From the IMG/VR virus record IMGVR_UViG_3300033463_000041, positions 32,001 to 96,000 of that record: a stretch of 64,000 bases of DNA, one strand, 5' to 3'. Within the stretch, counting starts at the first letter, position 1. Every line of letters begins with the position of its first letter. Shown here piece by piece: positions 38,401-46,741 of this stretch. The stretch comes from a virus (Duplodnaviria; Caudoviricetes). Under the pieces are notes generated by a model. The model was not told where the DNA came from. It worked only from the letters and a program-made list of their open reading frames with translations, and did not search any database. Made by a program: the position numbers and the translations under genes.

Positions 38401-41400
38401 CTGCTTCAACTCGTTGTACGAACGGCCTTTAGGACGGTCAAGCACTTCCTGAACTTCCTTGCTGATGGTGTTGACGCGCTTTAACTCTATGTTGATACCG
38501 TCGATGTCGCGCTGCAATTTCTGCCACGACCTACCGCCCTTCTCCACGCGCTGCTGCAGTTCTTCGAGCACTTTCTTAGCCTGTTTAAGCTCTTCGGTAC
38601 TACCACTGAATGAACCGCCACGCACCTGCTTTCCGATGGTGACGGCCTGACGCAGCGACATAGCCTGCTGTGCGGCTTTCTCTGCCGACTGCCCAGCCTT
38701 TATCAGATATTCGTTGATCTTGGCGATGGTGTCGGCATTATCCTTCTGTGGCAGGGAGTCGCGATATTTCTTTAGCGCATCGGCCTGCTTTTTTATCTCG
38801 TTGGCACTGGCGTTCTCATCCTTGCCATCCTTAAAGAAATTGAAGGCTTCCTGCCCCTCAGTCTTAATAGCCTGCTCCTGTAACTGACGCACACGCTTCA
38901 GGTCTTTCTCATAGCGTGCCAGACTGGCTGCTGCCGTATTGGGGTCATCAATCAGTCGCTGCCAGTATTGCTCCTGTGCTTTCAGTGCCGACGCCGACAA
39001 ATCCTTTGTGTTGTACAGCTGCTTGCGCATCATCGTGTCATTCTCCTGACGCTTGCGGGCAGCATCGGCGATGGCTTGTGCCTCCTTGCGGGCTGCACGT
39101 TCGGCTTCTACTCCGTATTTCTTGATGTGCTCCTCAGCATCCACGATGGCAGTTTTCAAGCGCTGATACTCCGGACTCGTAGCTGCCAACGTCTGCTGAT
39201 ACTGCTTGGCGGCTTCAATGGCGTTACGGATACTACCCTCACTCATCAGCATCTTATTGCCGTATATCTTCTGAGCGTCGGTCTTCACCTGCTCTGCGGC
39301 CAACTTCTGCTGTTCGTGGACGATAGCCTCCATATTTGCCTTGGCATCTATGTATGCCTGGCTGGTACGCTCGGCACCGTCCATCTGCGCCTGCCAGTAG
39401 CGGCGTGTTTCTTCCAGACCGGCATCCGACAGCTTACTGAGATCGACCATGCGGTCTTTCATCATCTGCAACTGCGCAGCAGCTTGCTGTGCGCTACGGG
39501 CGGTTTCCAGTCCGTATTGCTTCATGTGCTCTTCGGCACGGATGATGTTATTCTGCAAATCTGTATATGCTGCATTGGTGGGCTTCATGGTAGCCAACAG
39601 TTGCTTTGCAGCATTTACCGACTCCTGTAACTCAGCACCCGACAACGTTCTCAGGTTCTTACGACCCAGACGGTTGGCACTTGCTTCAAGTTGTGCCTGA
39701 GTCTGTTTCTCCTGTTCGGCATTGATGCGTTTCAGGTTGCGTTCTGCTTCCTTGAAGGCACGGCTTCCACGGGTGGCACCGTCCATCTGTGCCTGCCAAT
39801 AACGCTGTGTTTCAGTCAGCCCCTCCTTCGACAGACGGTTGAGTGCCGACATGCGGTCCTGCATCTGCTTATGCTTCTCGGCCAACAACTGCTGGGCTTC
39901 TGCCTGTTTTTGCGCTGTGCGCGCTGCCTCGATGCCTGTGTCCTTCAGGTGCTTCTCGGCCTTAACGATGCGCTCGGCCAGTTGGTTGGCTTCGTCGCTA
40001 CCGCTCTTATAGGTCTGGATGAGTTGCTTGGCGGCTTCAATGCCCTGGCGTATCTCGGTCTCGCTCAGCGTACCCAAGTCGTCCACCTTCAGGCGGTCGG
40101 CGATGGGTTGCGACAGCTTGGCAACCTCGGCATTCATCTGCGTCAGTCGCTCGCTCAGTCGGTTAATGGCGTCGCCACGCTCCTGCATGGTCTTGGCATC
40201 GGTGGCCTCAGTCTCAATCTTCTTCTTCAACAGTTCGATGGCCTGCTTCACCTTCTCGATGCTGACGTTCTCCGACTGTGCCATCTCGATGGCGGCCTCG
40301 GTCTCCTTGCGGTTCAGGTTGGTGATGGCCTGTGCGTTCTGGTCGAAAGCCTGCGTCAGGTCGTTGATTTCCTTTTGCAGGTCCTCAGCCTTCTTGCGCA
40401 TCTGCGTCATTTCTTCCTCCGACTTACGTTCAGGAAGAACCTCACGCATGGTGGTGTTGATGGTCTCGTCGCTGCGGTTGATGACGCGCTGGGCATTTCT
40501 GCGGTCTTTCGTGGCCTGGTCGCGGGCTTCCTTCATCGGGCCCATCTTCTGCAGTTCCTCGTTATACTCGGCCTGCTTCTGAGTGAGGCGTGCGGTCACG
40601 TCCGACTGCTCTTTCTCAGCAGCCGTCTCGCTCTTCGTCATCTTCTCCAGTTCCTCCTGGGCCTTTCTCAACTGCTCCTTCTTGGCAGCGAGTTTGCTAT
40701 CCAGATCCTCTCGGCGTTTCAGCAGCTGCTCCATCGTCATCTCTGCATCGGCAGACTCCTTCACGGCCTGCGTCTGCTCCTGAGTGGCTTCGGCATTCTT
40801 CTTGGCAGCCTTGGCACCCTTCTCCTGCAACTGTGTGAGGCGTTCGGTGTTGCCGGCCTTCTGCTGCTCCAGAGCGGCTATCTGTTCGTCGATTTGCTTT
40901 TTCTGCTGGTCAACGCTGACGTTATCTTTCTTCGCCTTGGTATTTGCCTCGGTAGCCTGAGTCCCGCTCTTCACGGCCTGGTATTCCTCCCATGCAGCCT
41001 TGGTGCGCTCCTCCTGCTTCACCACATAGCGCTGACGGTATGTCTCGGCATCGTCAAGTGCCTGACCTCTGGCAGTGCGCTTGCCGTCCTTCTCTTCAGG
41101 GCCGCCTATGGCGTTGGCCTTGTCGAGACGCTTCTGGTATTCCTCTTTACGCTTTCTGAGGGTTTCGTCTTCCTGACGGTATGCCTCACGCAGGCGTTTC
41201 ACCTCTTCCTCCTGAGCCTGGTCGGCAGCAGTTTGCTCCTTGGTGGCAGCGGTAACACCCTTCGAGATGTTGGTAAGTTCCAGCATACGGGCACCGCGCT
41301 GCTTCAATGCCTCTGGATCAACGGTGACTTGCAGGGCACCGAACTCCTTGTCGTAAACGCCCCTCTGAATCAATCCACCGTTCTTGCCGGTAACGAGGCG

Positions 41401-43767
41401 GCTTACGATTTCGCGAGCCTCCTTATCGCTACCGATACCGTAGTCCTTCTTGAAGGCATCAATCAGGTCCTTAATCTGATTTTTGCCCTGCAGCGTAAAA
41501 CGCCCGCCACCGACACCGCTTGGGTTGATGGCCTTGATTCTACCCATCAGGTATTGCTGGGCCTGCTCTATGTTAGAAGCCTCCAGACCTGTGTCACCCT
41601 TCAGTTTGAGGGTTGACATCTTTCGCATTTCCTCCAATGCAGCCTTGGCTTCCTCTGCCGTCATCTTCATGGCCTGTGCCTCTTCCTTGGCGGCTTCGGC
41701 ACCCTTCTTGGCGGCGTCGGCTCCCTTTTCATCAGAGGCGGTCAGGGCGTCGCGCTGTTTCTTCAGCGCCTCGATGGTGCTGGTCAGTGCGGCATTGTCT
41801 TGTGTGAGCTTCTCTACCTCCTGCTGTTCCTTCTTCGAGAGCTTCACCTTTTTCTCGGTGGCCTCGTTCTGCTGCTCGGCAGCCTGTGCGGCTTTCTCAG
41901 AAGCGGCGGCAATCTTTTCTTTCTGTTCAGCCTCCTTCTGTTCCAGATCGTTCAGTTCGCCCGTCAGCTTATTGATTCTCTCCGTCTGTCCGGCTTCGCG
42001 CTCACGGGCCTTTTCCAGATACGACTGAGCGGCCTCGATGCGTATCTGCTGGTCTTCCACGCCCTTCTTCTGTTCAACGGCCAGGAATCCCGTATGCTCG
42101 TCGAAACGCATGGTGGCGAATTTCTTCTGCACCACGTCGCTACGCTCCAGTGTGTGTATCAGCTTGCGGGCTTCCTCCTCCGTTATCTGGTAGTATTCGG
42201 CCAGCTGCTTGATAGGCTCTGCGGCCTGAGCGGGGATAAACTTATCCTCCGTCACGCCCTTTACCTTCTTGATAATCTCGTAGAATCGGTTGGCCACATC
42301 GAGCAGGTCATCCATCTGCTTCTTCTCGTCGCCAAGACCCATTGCAGTCAGACGGCCATCCTTGCTACCCTGCACACGCTTCAGGGTTTCTTCCCACTGG
42401 CTGATGCTGCCAGCACCCTTCTTGCTCTCGGCCTCTATCTGCTGACGCTTCTCGGCAATGGCATCCTGAATGGCTTTCAGTCGGGCTTCCAGTGCCTTGA
42501 CCTCCGAGTCATCCACCTTCGGTTTGATAGGCTCCTGGTTGATTTTCTTCTTGGCATCGTCCACACCGCTGGTATCAACCGTTGGCTTGACGGGCTGTTT
42601 GCTCAGGGTGTCAAGATCCTGCTCCAGTTTCTCGACCTCCTTCTCCAGACCGCTCACCTTTTCCTGCTGCTTACCAACCGCCTCGGCATGTTTCTCGGCT
42701 TTCTCAGCGGCTTTCTCAGCGGCTTTGGCTTCCTTGCCTTGCTCCTTCGTCAGCTCGTCAACCTGCTTTTTCAACTCGCCCACCTTGGCCTTCTGGTCGT
42801 CGTATGCCTTGATGGTGCGGTCTGCCTCGTCGCGTTTCTGCTCGGCATCCTGCTTGGTGCTGCGGGCGTCGGCTATCTTCTGGTCGCGCTTCTTGATCAC
42901 CTCGTCCAGATGCTCCTGCAGCTCTATCTCGTCGCGTATGTCGTCGAGTTCCTTGCTGCGCTGGGCCTTCTTGTCGCTGAGACCTTTCATGGTGCTCTCT
43001 ATGCCCTCGCGCTCCTTCTTGGCAGCCTGCATGGCAGCCTCGCCGTCGGCATGGCGCAGATTGATGCTCTCCTGCGTCAGTGCGTTCGACAATCTGAGTG
43101 CGTCCTGCTCAGAAGCTATCTCGCCTTTTAGGCTACGCTCGGTAGCAGCTACCGTCTCCACGGCCTGTGCCACCTCGTTCATCTGTGCTTTCAGGTTGCG
43201 CCACTCCTCGCTATTGTAGACAGCCAGACGCGAAAGGTCTTCCAGCACCTCCTTGGCACGGGTCAACTGTACGGTGCTGACGGAACTGCCGTCCTTCAGC
43301 GACTGCATCATCGTCACGATGTCCTCCTTGGCACGGGTCACGTTGCGGTCGGTGGCATCCATCAGGCGCTGCAACTGGTTCCAGTATTTGCTGCCTGTCT
43401 CCACGGTGCTCTGCACGAGCTTTGCAGCGTTATAGACAGACTTGTTGAACTTGGCCGACATCTGGTCAAGCGTACCTTGGTTGAACTCCTTAATACCCTT
43501 CGACAGCGTGTCGATACCCTTGGTATATTCGCGCATGCCTTTCTGCAAAGCCTCCCAGGTCTTGGTCTGCGCTTTCAGTCTGCCCTCGATGTCGGCAATG
43601 ACTTTCGCAGGTGCTCCGGCAGCCTTGGCGTTAGCCAGCTCCTTGTCGAGCTTTTCCTTGGCTACGCGGGCGTCATCACACGCTACCTGCAGCGATTTCA
43701 TTACTGGGTTCGCCTTGCCGGCGTTAGCCACAAAGTCAATGTGGATAAGTTCGTGACGTGTTGCCAT
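32398..43767 (-). CDS. Tape measure protein, 3789 aa
   Basis: TP901-type core (MGEVRKTT...LDTRTPIEQLLSISARGGQLG), extensive coiled coil, hydrophobic segments, NGPEFHLVGEKGREAII near the C-terminus. Confidence 0.9.
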   Translation of the reverse strand: MATRHELIHIDFVANAGKANPVMKSLQVACDDARVAKEKLDKELANAKAAGAPAKVIADIEGRLKAQTKTWEALQKGMREYTKGIDTLSKGIKEFNQGTLDQMSAKFNKSVYNAAKLVQSTVETGSKYWNQLQRLMDATDRNVTRAKEDIVTMMQSLKDGSSVSTVQLTRAKEVLEDLSRLAVYNSEEWRNLKAQMNEVAQAVETVAATERSLKGEIASEQDALRLSNALTQESINLRHADGEAAMQAAKKEREGIESTMKGLSDKKAQRSKELDDIRDEIELQEHLDEVIKKRDQKIADARSTKQDAEQKRDEADRTIKAYDDQKAKVGELKKQVDELTKEQGKEAKAAEKAAEKAEKHAEAVGKQQEKVSGLEKEVEKLEQDLDTLSKQPVKPTVDTSGVDDAKKKINQEPIKPKVDDSEVKALEARLKAIQDAIAEKRQQIEAESKKGAGSISQWEETLKRVQGSKDGRLTAMGLGDEKKQMDDLLDVANRFYEIIKKVKGVTEDKFIPAQAAEPIKQLAEYYQITEEEARKLIHTLERSDVVQKKFATMRFDEHTGFLAVEQKKGVEDQQIRIEAAQSYLEKAREREAGQTERINKLTGELNDLEQKEAEQKEKIAAASEKAAQAAEQQNEATEKKVKLSKKEQQEVEKLTQDNAALTSTIEALKKQRDALTASDEKGADAAKKGAEAAKEEAQAMKMTAEEAKAALEEMRKMSTLKLKGDTGLEASNIEQAQQYLMGRIKAINPSGVGGGRFTLQGKNQIKDLIDAFKKDYGIGSDKEAREIVSRLVTGKNGGLIQRGVYDKEFGALQVTVDPEALKQRGARMLELTNISKGVTAATKEQTAADQAQEEEVKRLREAYRQEDETLRKRKEEYQKRLDKANAIGGPEEKDGKRTARGQALDDAETYRQRYVVKQEERTKAAWEEYQAVKSGTQATEANTKAKKDNVSVDQQKKQIDEQIAALEQQKAGNTERLTQLQEKGAKAAKKNAEATQEQTQAVKESADAEMTMEQLLKRREDLDSKLAAKKEQLRKAQEELEKMTKSETAAEKEQSDVTARLTQKQAEYNEELQKMGPMKEARDQATKDRRNAQRVINRSDETINTTMREVLPERKSEEEMTQMRKKAEDLQKEINDLTQAFDQNAQAITNLNRKETEAAIEMAQSENVSIEKVKQAIELLKKKIETEATDAKTMQERGDAINRLSERLTQMNAEVAKLSQPIADRLKVDDLGTLSETEIRQGIEAAKQLIQTYKSGSDEANQLAERIVKAEKHLKDTGIEAARTAQKQAEAQQLLAEKHKQMQDRMSALNRLSKEGLTETQRYWQAQMDGATRGSRAFKEAERNLKRINAEQEKQTQAQLEASANRLGRKNLRTLSGAELQESVNAAKQLLATMKPTNAAYTDLQNNIIRAEEHMKQYGLETARSAQQAAAQLQMMKDRMVDLSKLSDAGLEETRRYWQAQMDGAERTSQAYIDAKANMEAIVHEQQKLAAEQVKTDAQKIYGNKMLMSEGSIRNAIEAAKQYQQTLAATSPEYQRLKTAIVDAEEHIKKYGVEAERAARKEAQAIADAARKRQENDTMMRKQLYNTKDLSASALKAQEQYWQRLIDDPNTAAASLARYEKDLKRVRQLQEQAIKTEGQEAFNFFKDGKDENASANEIKKQADALKKYRDSLPQKDNADTIAKINEYLIKAGQSAEKAAQQAMSLRQAVTIGKQVRGGSFSGSTEELKQAKKVLEELQQRVEKGGRSWQKLQRDIDGINIELKRVNTISKEVQEVLDRPKGRSYNELKQAVEQGRLKLQSMDRTTKEGQKAFDELAKKIKACDLEMKTLGNSAKGTVSAFDKAWGRLKTYISLYVGAAVAMQKITSTMGDLMTLSDKMGEVRKTTHFTADEVGRLSDNLTKLDTRTPIEQLLSISARGGQLGLKAQEDIRGFTEAANQLMVALPEMGEESATELMKIAKATGDLKRNGDDVQETLERVGSTIIELRANSASTAPAITDFVKRVGAVGAQAGITIDQVAALGSTVDALGGRVEMSATALSRMIPAIRNNSFAVANAIGVTEKSLKDMFNSGRAMDAMVLIFQKMRESVQQYDTSTEKGMNAMADHVEEMLGKNATMQEVMKELNQQGARAGIVFGLLSQNVDELEKQLGIANNAYRQNTALLNEYNNMNETTAAKWERLKNSIEEWFVSDSAQRFLGRIIDGLRTLADWFASDGPLAVGFKLMLTYAAAMKLQIGAAFMGIGGGFKTLTTALMAGMAGIGTSLGVLGEKLGLVTARTRLARMEWKKMDLAMKQNVIGAIIAAIAMLAMKMWEWHKAAKEAAAEVGRFHQKMADEKKVLDSLFDPLNKSNLAQKERLDLIKQINDKYGRYLGYMLSETSSAIQLADAHSLIAKRIREEAYERRIAEKEKKIQEEYDEDLSADYGKIVSRVRSGAKSGTDVERIADSLKSLVDQNIEKIDKRWGGGIVLAPEFNNKLNGFLERLVADGELSKKSVSGVRSALITYMNDAKDQHNDIMSQTANMRSDLRGIQGAIKYDLANNINTLVSKVASTVGNAVRNIKQQQQNTPPMLQPQGGGSGVNIPNLFGGQQQGGWNAPWQQTRETTPEQQMAPAGWKPDIDKKNVEQVRQFVADQDALRSALQASGEQLDEAQRKVAESWLLSDEQLKEYRKIIQKADYSPGGKNANPYGDYNKVTSPYSEWNGDDLVARRKEMLERVKALANGADVQAVLSEDAKFISDAVRKNIKTTNDAIEWYNSERLKIQDALHAKHLTNTGDWLDPKAQRRASRVVRDEMKYYLDELDAYYTERKAKIQEAQNDEEISEAEARNRTIANEAEWRQRRAELQQLYAKKGAEVTKTEQQAIFNIISERTGETTSFIRQDIAQTVKFIEDVGKKSKAAMDRIYGNLDKDIEQDFLRQRNAIGQHMKAIQDIIDKERPFNGITKDLQTNLTTMGILTAHMSKERDELMAKNADMTKFNEKQAQEAFKEMTFLLGEAENAYSTTAEEVMQRAAEAGLTAWVEEMKQNPQMQEGLMAQLRSTFDTIQDAIKKEASQLKKEAEIMWNNILMPDGETTMKQAFDKTISTLGIEQGRVSRANSLIGAGQASERVVDKLAIKQMQVQMSMQKAYYDLMRKRGLAQVEILKQQSKELEAQGKLEEAKRKSQDAQHVQMALNLATTKEQTELLKLEEELTAKVEESQNRLYTELKEWGNLLSSSLQSIFEASNAGNADYYNERAKMDLTGKGGPGAGTYVVIDNAGTSDAQAHYEYLDERQALEREHEIEQQNAQAEAWSKAMDDINMKMSESITDWMNAFLQSQSVDLNTAALGANTAAINALTSAMGGVPATEGSGDMGVGEDGVPNSIRRPEENNGGEAPTYKAPWQMTDEDIVKGQENMGLMWQSYTEQGTEAMMQMQENLAETPGITPPWQMTEESMQAGMENMQNAYQGMVDASNKATGQVLANQSKIQQGENQTDKKISSGAQSAFAKMTAAANLYGIAYQAMSNDNLSTAQKFEMIAVQAAGQAAISALTASLAQNTGQVAADTPAVASKAFAQLGPIGGAAAFAAITAILGGLVGLAVSKIAKSKSQIAQVTGASVGAGRMATGMLTYGEGNVNEFTDPSTLTPGRQYNVDSADGKTYRARYMGKNAKTHITNGPEFHLVGEKGREAIIDAHTTRQLQMDDNGIWQSIQTLYNGGRLPARRRTVGRGGIRAFAEGNLDEFEEVESTLGGGDTSMSMEQVISLKESIDRQSDLLEDLRTNGIKATFDVYGKGGLVDSYDTGKKNVTRHGERY

Positions 43768-43801
43768 ATATCTTGTATTCTGTGTTGGTTTCTAATGATG
43801 G

Positions 43802-44365
43802 TTATCTGTCAAATCTGCCGCGACGCTGCCGTCTGAAGAGGGCGCGGTTCACGGCATCGTGGGCATCCTGATTGTCGCCCATAGCGTAAACCATGAACAT
43901 GGTTCCGGCAAAGGAGAACTCCCTGCGGGCCACCGATGCAAACTTAGCGGCCTGCGTGCGCATCTCCGTCACCACGAAGGGCTTACCCCTGCGTTTACGT
44001 GTCGGCACGGGAATAGGCTGCCAATACGGTTGTGGGATGTTGGGCACCGGACTGTCGTAGGGCTCATTCTTGCCTACGGCCAGTTCTACGAACCTCGAAT
44101 AGTACAGGTACTTGGCAGCAAACACCTGTGTGTCGCCACCGCTCGTCGCCCATGTCTTCCACCACAGCGAGCGCTTCATGGCACCGGTACGCACGGCATT
44201 CAGTCGCTCCACGTTCTCCTCGGTGTTCTCGCGGCTGATGCGCTCGAAGTTGTTGATCCACGCCATGATGCGTTCGTCGCGCCAGTCCCATTCCCAGCGT
44301 TTCACCTTGTCGCCATACTTGTCGCTGGCCCAGCCCTTCTCCTGTACTTCCGAAATCAGTGCCAT
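43802..44365 (-). CDS. Probable neck/tail-completion protein (HK97 gp10-like)
   Basis: RTGAMKRS and YLYYSRFVELAVG motifs. Confidence 0.5.
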   Translation of the reverse strand: MALISEVQEKGWASDKYGDKVKRWEWDWRDERIMAWINNFERISRENTEENVERLNAVRTGAMKRSLWWKTWATSGGDTQVFAAKYLYYSRFVELAVGKNEPYDSPVPNIPQPYWQPIPVPTRKRRGKPFVVTEMRTQAAKFASVARREFSFAGTMFMVYAMGDNQDAHDAVNRALFRRQRRGRFDR

Positions 44366-44369
44366 AGTC

Positions 44370-44879
44370 TTACTCGTCTTCGTCTGTGCTGACTTGTGGC
44401 ATCTTGTCCATCAGCCTTACCGTCACCGTTGCCAGGCAGTGTTGCCAGCGACGTTTCAGTTCCCCGCCGTGACGTTCTATCACGTCGAGTCGCTTATACA
44501 GTTCAGCTTCCAGAAGTCCTAAAGACCCGGGGCCTTCCTTGGGCAGGTCGTGCTTCTTCAACTCCTGTTCGCAGAAGGCGAGGAAACGCTGTGTGCGCAG
44601 GTTGGCTGATTCACGCGCCTTGCGGATGCGCTCCGCCAGCTGCTTGTAGTAAGCGGCATCGTGGGGGGCATCCTTCTTGTTGCCGTTATCCACCGATTCC
44701 GTGGTACCGTTGTTTCTACTCACACCCTTTATTTCTGCCATCTTCTCCAGCAGCGCCATTGCTGCCAGCTCTGCATCGTCAGGCTCCTGTGTCATGGGTG
44801 CAGGGGCAACGTCCTCTACTCTCAGCGGCTTCGGCTCCTGCTTCTGCTTCTTGTGGAATATGTTCTTTAATGATTTCAT
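44370..44879 (-). CDS. Hypothetical protein
   Basis: 169-aa ORF coupled to the portal stop. Confidence 0.65.
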   Translation of the reverse strand: MKSLKNIFHKKQKQEPKPLRVEDVAPAPMTQEPDDAELAAMALLEKMAEIKGVSRNNGTTESVDNGNKKDAPHDAAYYKQLAERIRKARESANLRTQRFLAFCEQELKKHDLPKEGPGSLGLLEAELYKRLDVIERHGGELKRRWQHCLATVTVRLMDKMPQVSTDEDE

Positions 44880-46642
44880 GATTCTCCTCCTGCTATGGTT
44901 TCTACTGTACCAGTCTTACTGTTATCAAGTGTTGTCAGAGTTTGCTGCTTAATAATCCACTCTGCGTTATACCATGAGTTGAAGGTGCTGATAGCCTGCA
45001 GGAACGACAGGTAGCCGCGCTGCTTTACGTTCAGCTGCTGCTGCTTCAACAGGTGCATCTCACGCAGGGCTGTACCACCGTTGGAACTATGCACCATTGG
45101 CACACCAACGAGACGTGGATCAACACCCAGAGCAAGGAATATCGGGCTGGTAGCCAGTTCCAACTCTTCCTTTCCGGCGGTGGTGACATCTTTGGACGTC
45201 TCGGCCACGTCAACGATTTCGACATTATGGTGATCCTTGCCGTCCTGACCCTGCCACATCCACTGACGCATCATCTTTCCGTGATTCTCGCGGTGCTTCA
45301 GGAAGTCCTCCATCGACGCTTCCAAATCGTCGATAAATTTCTGCTGCTTTTCGGGGTTTCCTTGGTAGCCTTCGTCGGCAAAGACGGACTCCAAGTAGTC
45401 AAGACTTATATATAGGATTTTTCCCCACGACGTGATATTCTCACGCTGTTTGGCCTTGTCGTAGGCAATGGTGCTGGCAAAATCGTAGAACTTGGCAAGG
45501 AATATACTCCACCATGCAGGCTGCTGGTAGTAGAATTTGTTGCCATAGAACGTCGGGCATACTATCCACGTCGGGCGATCCTTGATGCGTCCGCGCTGAT
45601 GCGACTCCACTTGATAGCGCAGTTCGCCGACACGTCCTTGCGGCATAGCGACGGGGTACATCACAATCTTCTGGTCAGAGGCTTTAACAGTCTTCAGGCC
45701 GGTCATGCCCTTTGTTCTCCAACGGTCGCTGAAATAAATATTCTGGATGTATCTGTATTCATTGGCTGCCTCGTAACGGACACCGCTTATGATAGGCAAG
45801 ATACCAAGACGCACAATCTTCGGATTCCACGGACCGCGACGTCCGCGCTCCAGTCCGACGGTCGGGAAGTAGAGGTCGAACATTACGTCATCCTGCATAC
45901 ACTGCGAACAGTGCAGCGACAGGTCGTTGTTCTCCAGAAACTCACGGGCGCCGGGAATGTGTTTCTTGTCGCCCATTGCGTCATCTTCGTCGTAACCCTC
46001 CCACGTGCGTTTCCATTGCTCGTAGGCTTCACGGGCACGCTTCAGCTTGGCATTCTCCTTGGGCGCACCAGTCTTGATGCCGATATTGCCAAGTAGCTCA
46101 TCGGCTTCTTCAAGTGGCGTCTTCCCCTGTTCTTCCAGTGCTTCCAATTCATCCAGCAGACGTGCCCCTGCATCGCGGTACTCCACCAGCTCACCGTTTG
46201 GGAAACGGTACATCAGTCGTGGACCGAGGCCAGTAGCGAGGTCGGCCAGATAGCGCAGAGGTGACGCAGTATAAGGCAAAGCCTTTGCAAGGCTGTATAT
46301 TTGCGCAGGTATATTGTCGCCAGGTCCCCAGGGTATAAATCCGCGACCAAGCGATTCTCCATCTTCGCCGGCAACGGGTGTCGGCTTAGTGTTACGGCTG
46401 TCGAAACTCCATGCCAAATTTGAAATAGGGCCGTTGCTTAGCGCACCGGAACCCATGCCTATAGCCATGTTCTTTGCTTCCTTGTCAGACGGATCCTTGT
46501 CGCCCAGCGAGAAATTATGCACGCCGCCCAACTTAATGGCATCAAGCGACATAAACCCTTTCTTTCGCATTTCACGGTCTACACGCTCATAATCGGCCTT
46601 TGTCTTCGGGCGATGAACTTTGATAGAAGATTTATTTCCCAT
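44876..46642 (-). CDS. Portal protein
   Basis: FIPWGPGDNIP, YYQQPAWWSIF and FLALGVDPRLVG; follows the terminase. Confidence 0.8.
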   Translation of the reverse strand: MGNKSSIKVHRPKTKADYERVDREMRKKGFMSLDAIKLGGVHNFSLGDKDPSDKEAKNMAIGMGSGALSNGPISNLAWSFDSRNTKPTPVAGEDGESLGRGFIPWGPGDNIPAQIYSLAKALPYTASPLRYLADLATGLGPRLMYRFPNGELVEYRDAGARLLDELEALEEQGKTPLEEADELLGNIGIKTGAPKENAKLKRAREAYEQWKRTWEGYDEDDAMGDKKHIPGAREFLENNDLSLHCSQCMQDDVMFDLYFPTVGLERGRRGPWNPKIVRLGILPIISGVRYEAANEYRYIQNIYFSDRWRTKGMTGLKTVKASDQKIVMYPVAMPQGRVGELRYQVESHQRGRIKDRPTWIVCPTFYGNKFYYQQPAWWSIFLAKFYDFASTIAYDKAKQRENITSWGKILYISLDYLESVFADEGYQGNPEKQQKFIDDLEASMEDFLKHRENHGKMMRQWMWQGQDGKDHHNVEIVDVAETSKDVTTAGKEELELATSPIFLALGVDPRLVGVPMVHSSNGGTALREMHLLKQQQLNVKQRGYLSFLQAISTFNSWYNAEWIIKQQTLTTLDNSKTGTVETIAGGES

Positions 46643-46666
46643 AAAATCAAACGTTTAATTTTACGG

Positions 46667-46702
46667 GAAAGATACTATGTATCAATCTCGAAGTCAAGGG
46701 CA
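46667..46702 (-). promoter_or_regulatory. Phage-specific promoter motif (TGCCCTTGAC-N18-TATCTTTC)
   Basis: Upstream of the portal; would also drive the TMP and glycan cassette. Confidence 0.78.
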
Positions 46703-46741
46703 TTTAAAAGTACACAAAAGGGACGGTTCTTTTTGTGTACT

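Noticed and set aside
29979-43219. Long + strand ORFs (837, 657, 641 and 443 aa)
   Set aside because: Antisense shadows of the GT, Stealth and TMP genes caused by codon bias; no recognisable motifs
43802-44879. Tail-assembly-chaperone frameshift pair before the TMP
   Set aside because: No convincing slippery heptamer seen near the end of 44370-44879; the second ORF looks like a neck protein
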